Part shown: positions 62,806 through 64,000 of the stretch, one piece after another | Layout: the number at the start of each line of letters is the position of its first letter | Position numbering within the stretch: position 1 is the stretch's first letter | Assembly (NCBI GenBank): GCA_965250045.1 | Contig: CBDFNG010000001.1 | Location: forward strand, 6,164 to 70,163 | Direction of reading: 5' to 3' | DNA: 64,000 nucleotides | From: Candidatus Marinacidobacterium sp. | GTDB lineage: Bacteria > Acidobacteriota > Vicinamibacteria > Marinacidobacterales > Marinacidobacteraceae | The notes under the pieces: generated by a model | Seen by the model: only the letters and a program-made list of their open reading frames with translations | What the model was told of the DNA's origin: nothing | Database searches by the model: none | Program-made: the position numbers and the translations under genes

Positions 62806-64000
62806 ATGCCCCGAGACACGAGACGTGACCCCCGCTACGACGTCCTCTTCGAGCCGATCGCCATCGGCCCGGTGACCGCGAAGAACCGCTTCTACCAGGT
62901 CCCGCACTGCAACGGCATGGGCTACCGCGACCCGACCGCGCTCGCCTGGATGCGCGGGATGAAGGCGGAGGGCGGCTGGGCGGTGGTCTGCACCGAGCAG
63001 GTCGAGATCCACCACACCTCGGACATCACGCCCTACATCGAGCTCAGGCTCTGGGACGACCGCGACATCCCGATGCTCGCGCGGATGGCGGACCGGATCC
63101 ACGAGTTCGGCGCGCTTGCGGGGATCGAGCTCGCCTACAATGGGTTGAACGGTCCGAACTTTTACGGGCGCGAGGTGCCGATGGCACCGTCGGGTCTGCC
63201 GGTGGCCACCTTCACCTGCGACCCGGTTCAGGCGCGTACCATGAACAAGCAGGACATCCGCAACGTCCGAAGGTGGCACCGGGCGGCGGCGCTCCGTGCG
63301 CGCAGGGCCGGATTCGACCTCATCTACGTCTATGCCGGACATGCCTTGAGCTTCCTGCATCACTTCCTCTCCCGGCATTTCAACCACCGGAGCGACGAGT
63401 ACGGTGGGCCGCCGGAGAACCGGGTACGCCTTCTCGAGGAGATCCTCACCGACACCCGGGAGGCGGTCGGCGACACCTGCGCGGTGCCGTGCCGGATCTC
63501 CACCGACGAGCTGCTCGGCCCGAACGGCCTCGAGAAGGCCGAGGCCGAAGACATGATCGGGCTCATCGCCGAGATCCCGGATCTGTGGGACGTGGCGCTC
63601 GCGAGCTGGGAGAACGACTCCCAGAGCTCGCGCTTCGGACCCGAGGGCCGGCAGGAGCCTTTCATCGAAGGCGTGAAGAAGCTGACCACGAAGCCCGTGG
63701 TCGGGGTAGGGCGCTACACCTCACCGGACCGGATGGTGTCGGTCATCAACAAGGGCATCGCCGATCTCATCGGCTGCGCCCGGCCGTCGATCGCCGATCC
63801 GTTCCTCCCCAGGAAGATCGAGGAAGGCCGTCTCGAGGACATCCGCGAATGCATCGGCTGCAACATCTGCGTCTCGGGCGATTTCACGATGTCGCCGATC
63901 CGGTGCACCCAGAACCCGACAATGGGCGAGGAGTGGCGCAAGGGCTGGCACCCGGAGCGCATCCGTGCGAAGGCGTCGGACAAGCCGGTCCTCATCGTCG
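62806..64000 (+). CDS. Trimethylamine/dimethylamine/histamine dehydrogenase-family FMN and 4Fe-4S flavoprotein (3' end truncated by window)
   Basis: My own translation, with no stop to the window end: [32 protein letters not shown] (compare TMADH [28 protein letters not shown], where the Cys forms 6-S-cysteinyl-FMN). Also SDEYGG and the 4Fe-4S motif [28 protein letters not shown] SD 6 nt upstream. Not present in the supplied ORF track. Confidence 0.85.
   Translation, partial: [398 protein letters not shown]

Overview
High-GC (about 68-70 % by eye) proteobacterial chromosomal window with about 54 protein-coding features. I found no rRNA, tRNA, CRISPR array, transposase or integrase. Layout: (1) 2-16243 (+), a translationally coupled operon of about 17 genes for a type II FAS/PKS-like lipid pathway. 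It encodes four KS-fold domains, two ketoreductases, an acyltransferase, a dehydratase, an ACP, a thioesterase, a GcvT-fold protein and a membrane-fused N-acyltransferase-like protein. It ends in a LolCDE-like ABC exporter, a LolA-like periplasmic protein and a beta-barrel. This is the best candidate for an undescribed system. (2) smr and msrQP, flanked by two gene relics. (3) purL (apparent 1-nt frameshift, acidic low-complexity insertions), a Lys/Ala-rich membrane protein, and purB with a DUF1244 gene. (4) A TCA-cycle neighbourhood (acnA, lpd-sucB-sucA, gltA-mdh) interrupted by a liv-type ABC importer. (5) A STAS protein plus the uncharacterised ATP-grasp / alpha-E / transglutaminase module. 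(6) 47189-64000 (+), a catabolic island: sulfatase, potABC-like importer, hydantoinase A/B, SDR, three-subunit molybdenum hydroxylase, IclR regulator, polyamine-type binding protein, and a window-truncated trimethylamine-dehydrogenase-family flavoprotein that is absent from the supplied ORF track. Most long ORFs antisense to these genes are treated as GC-driven artefacts. All functional calls come from motif recognition by eye; no database search was run.
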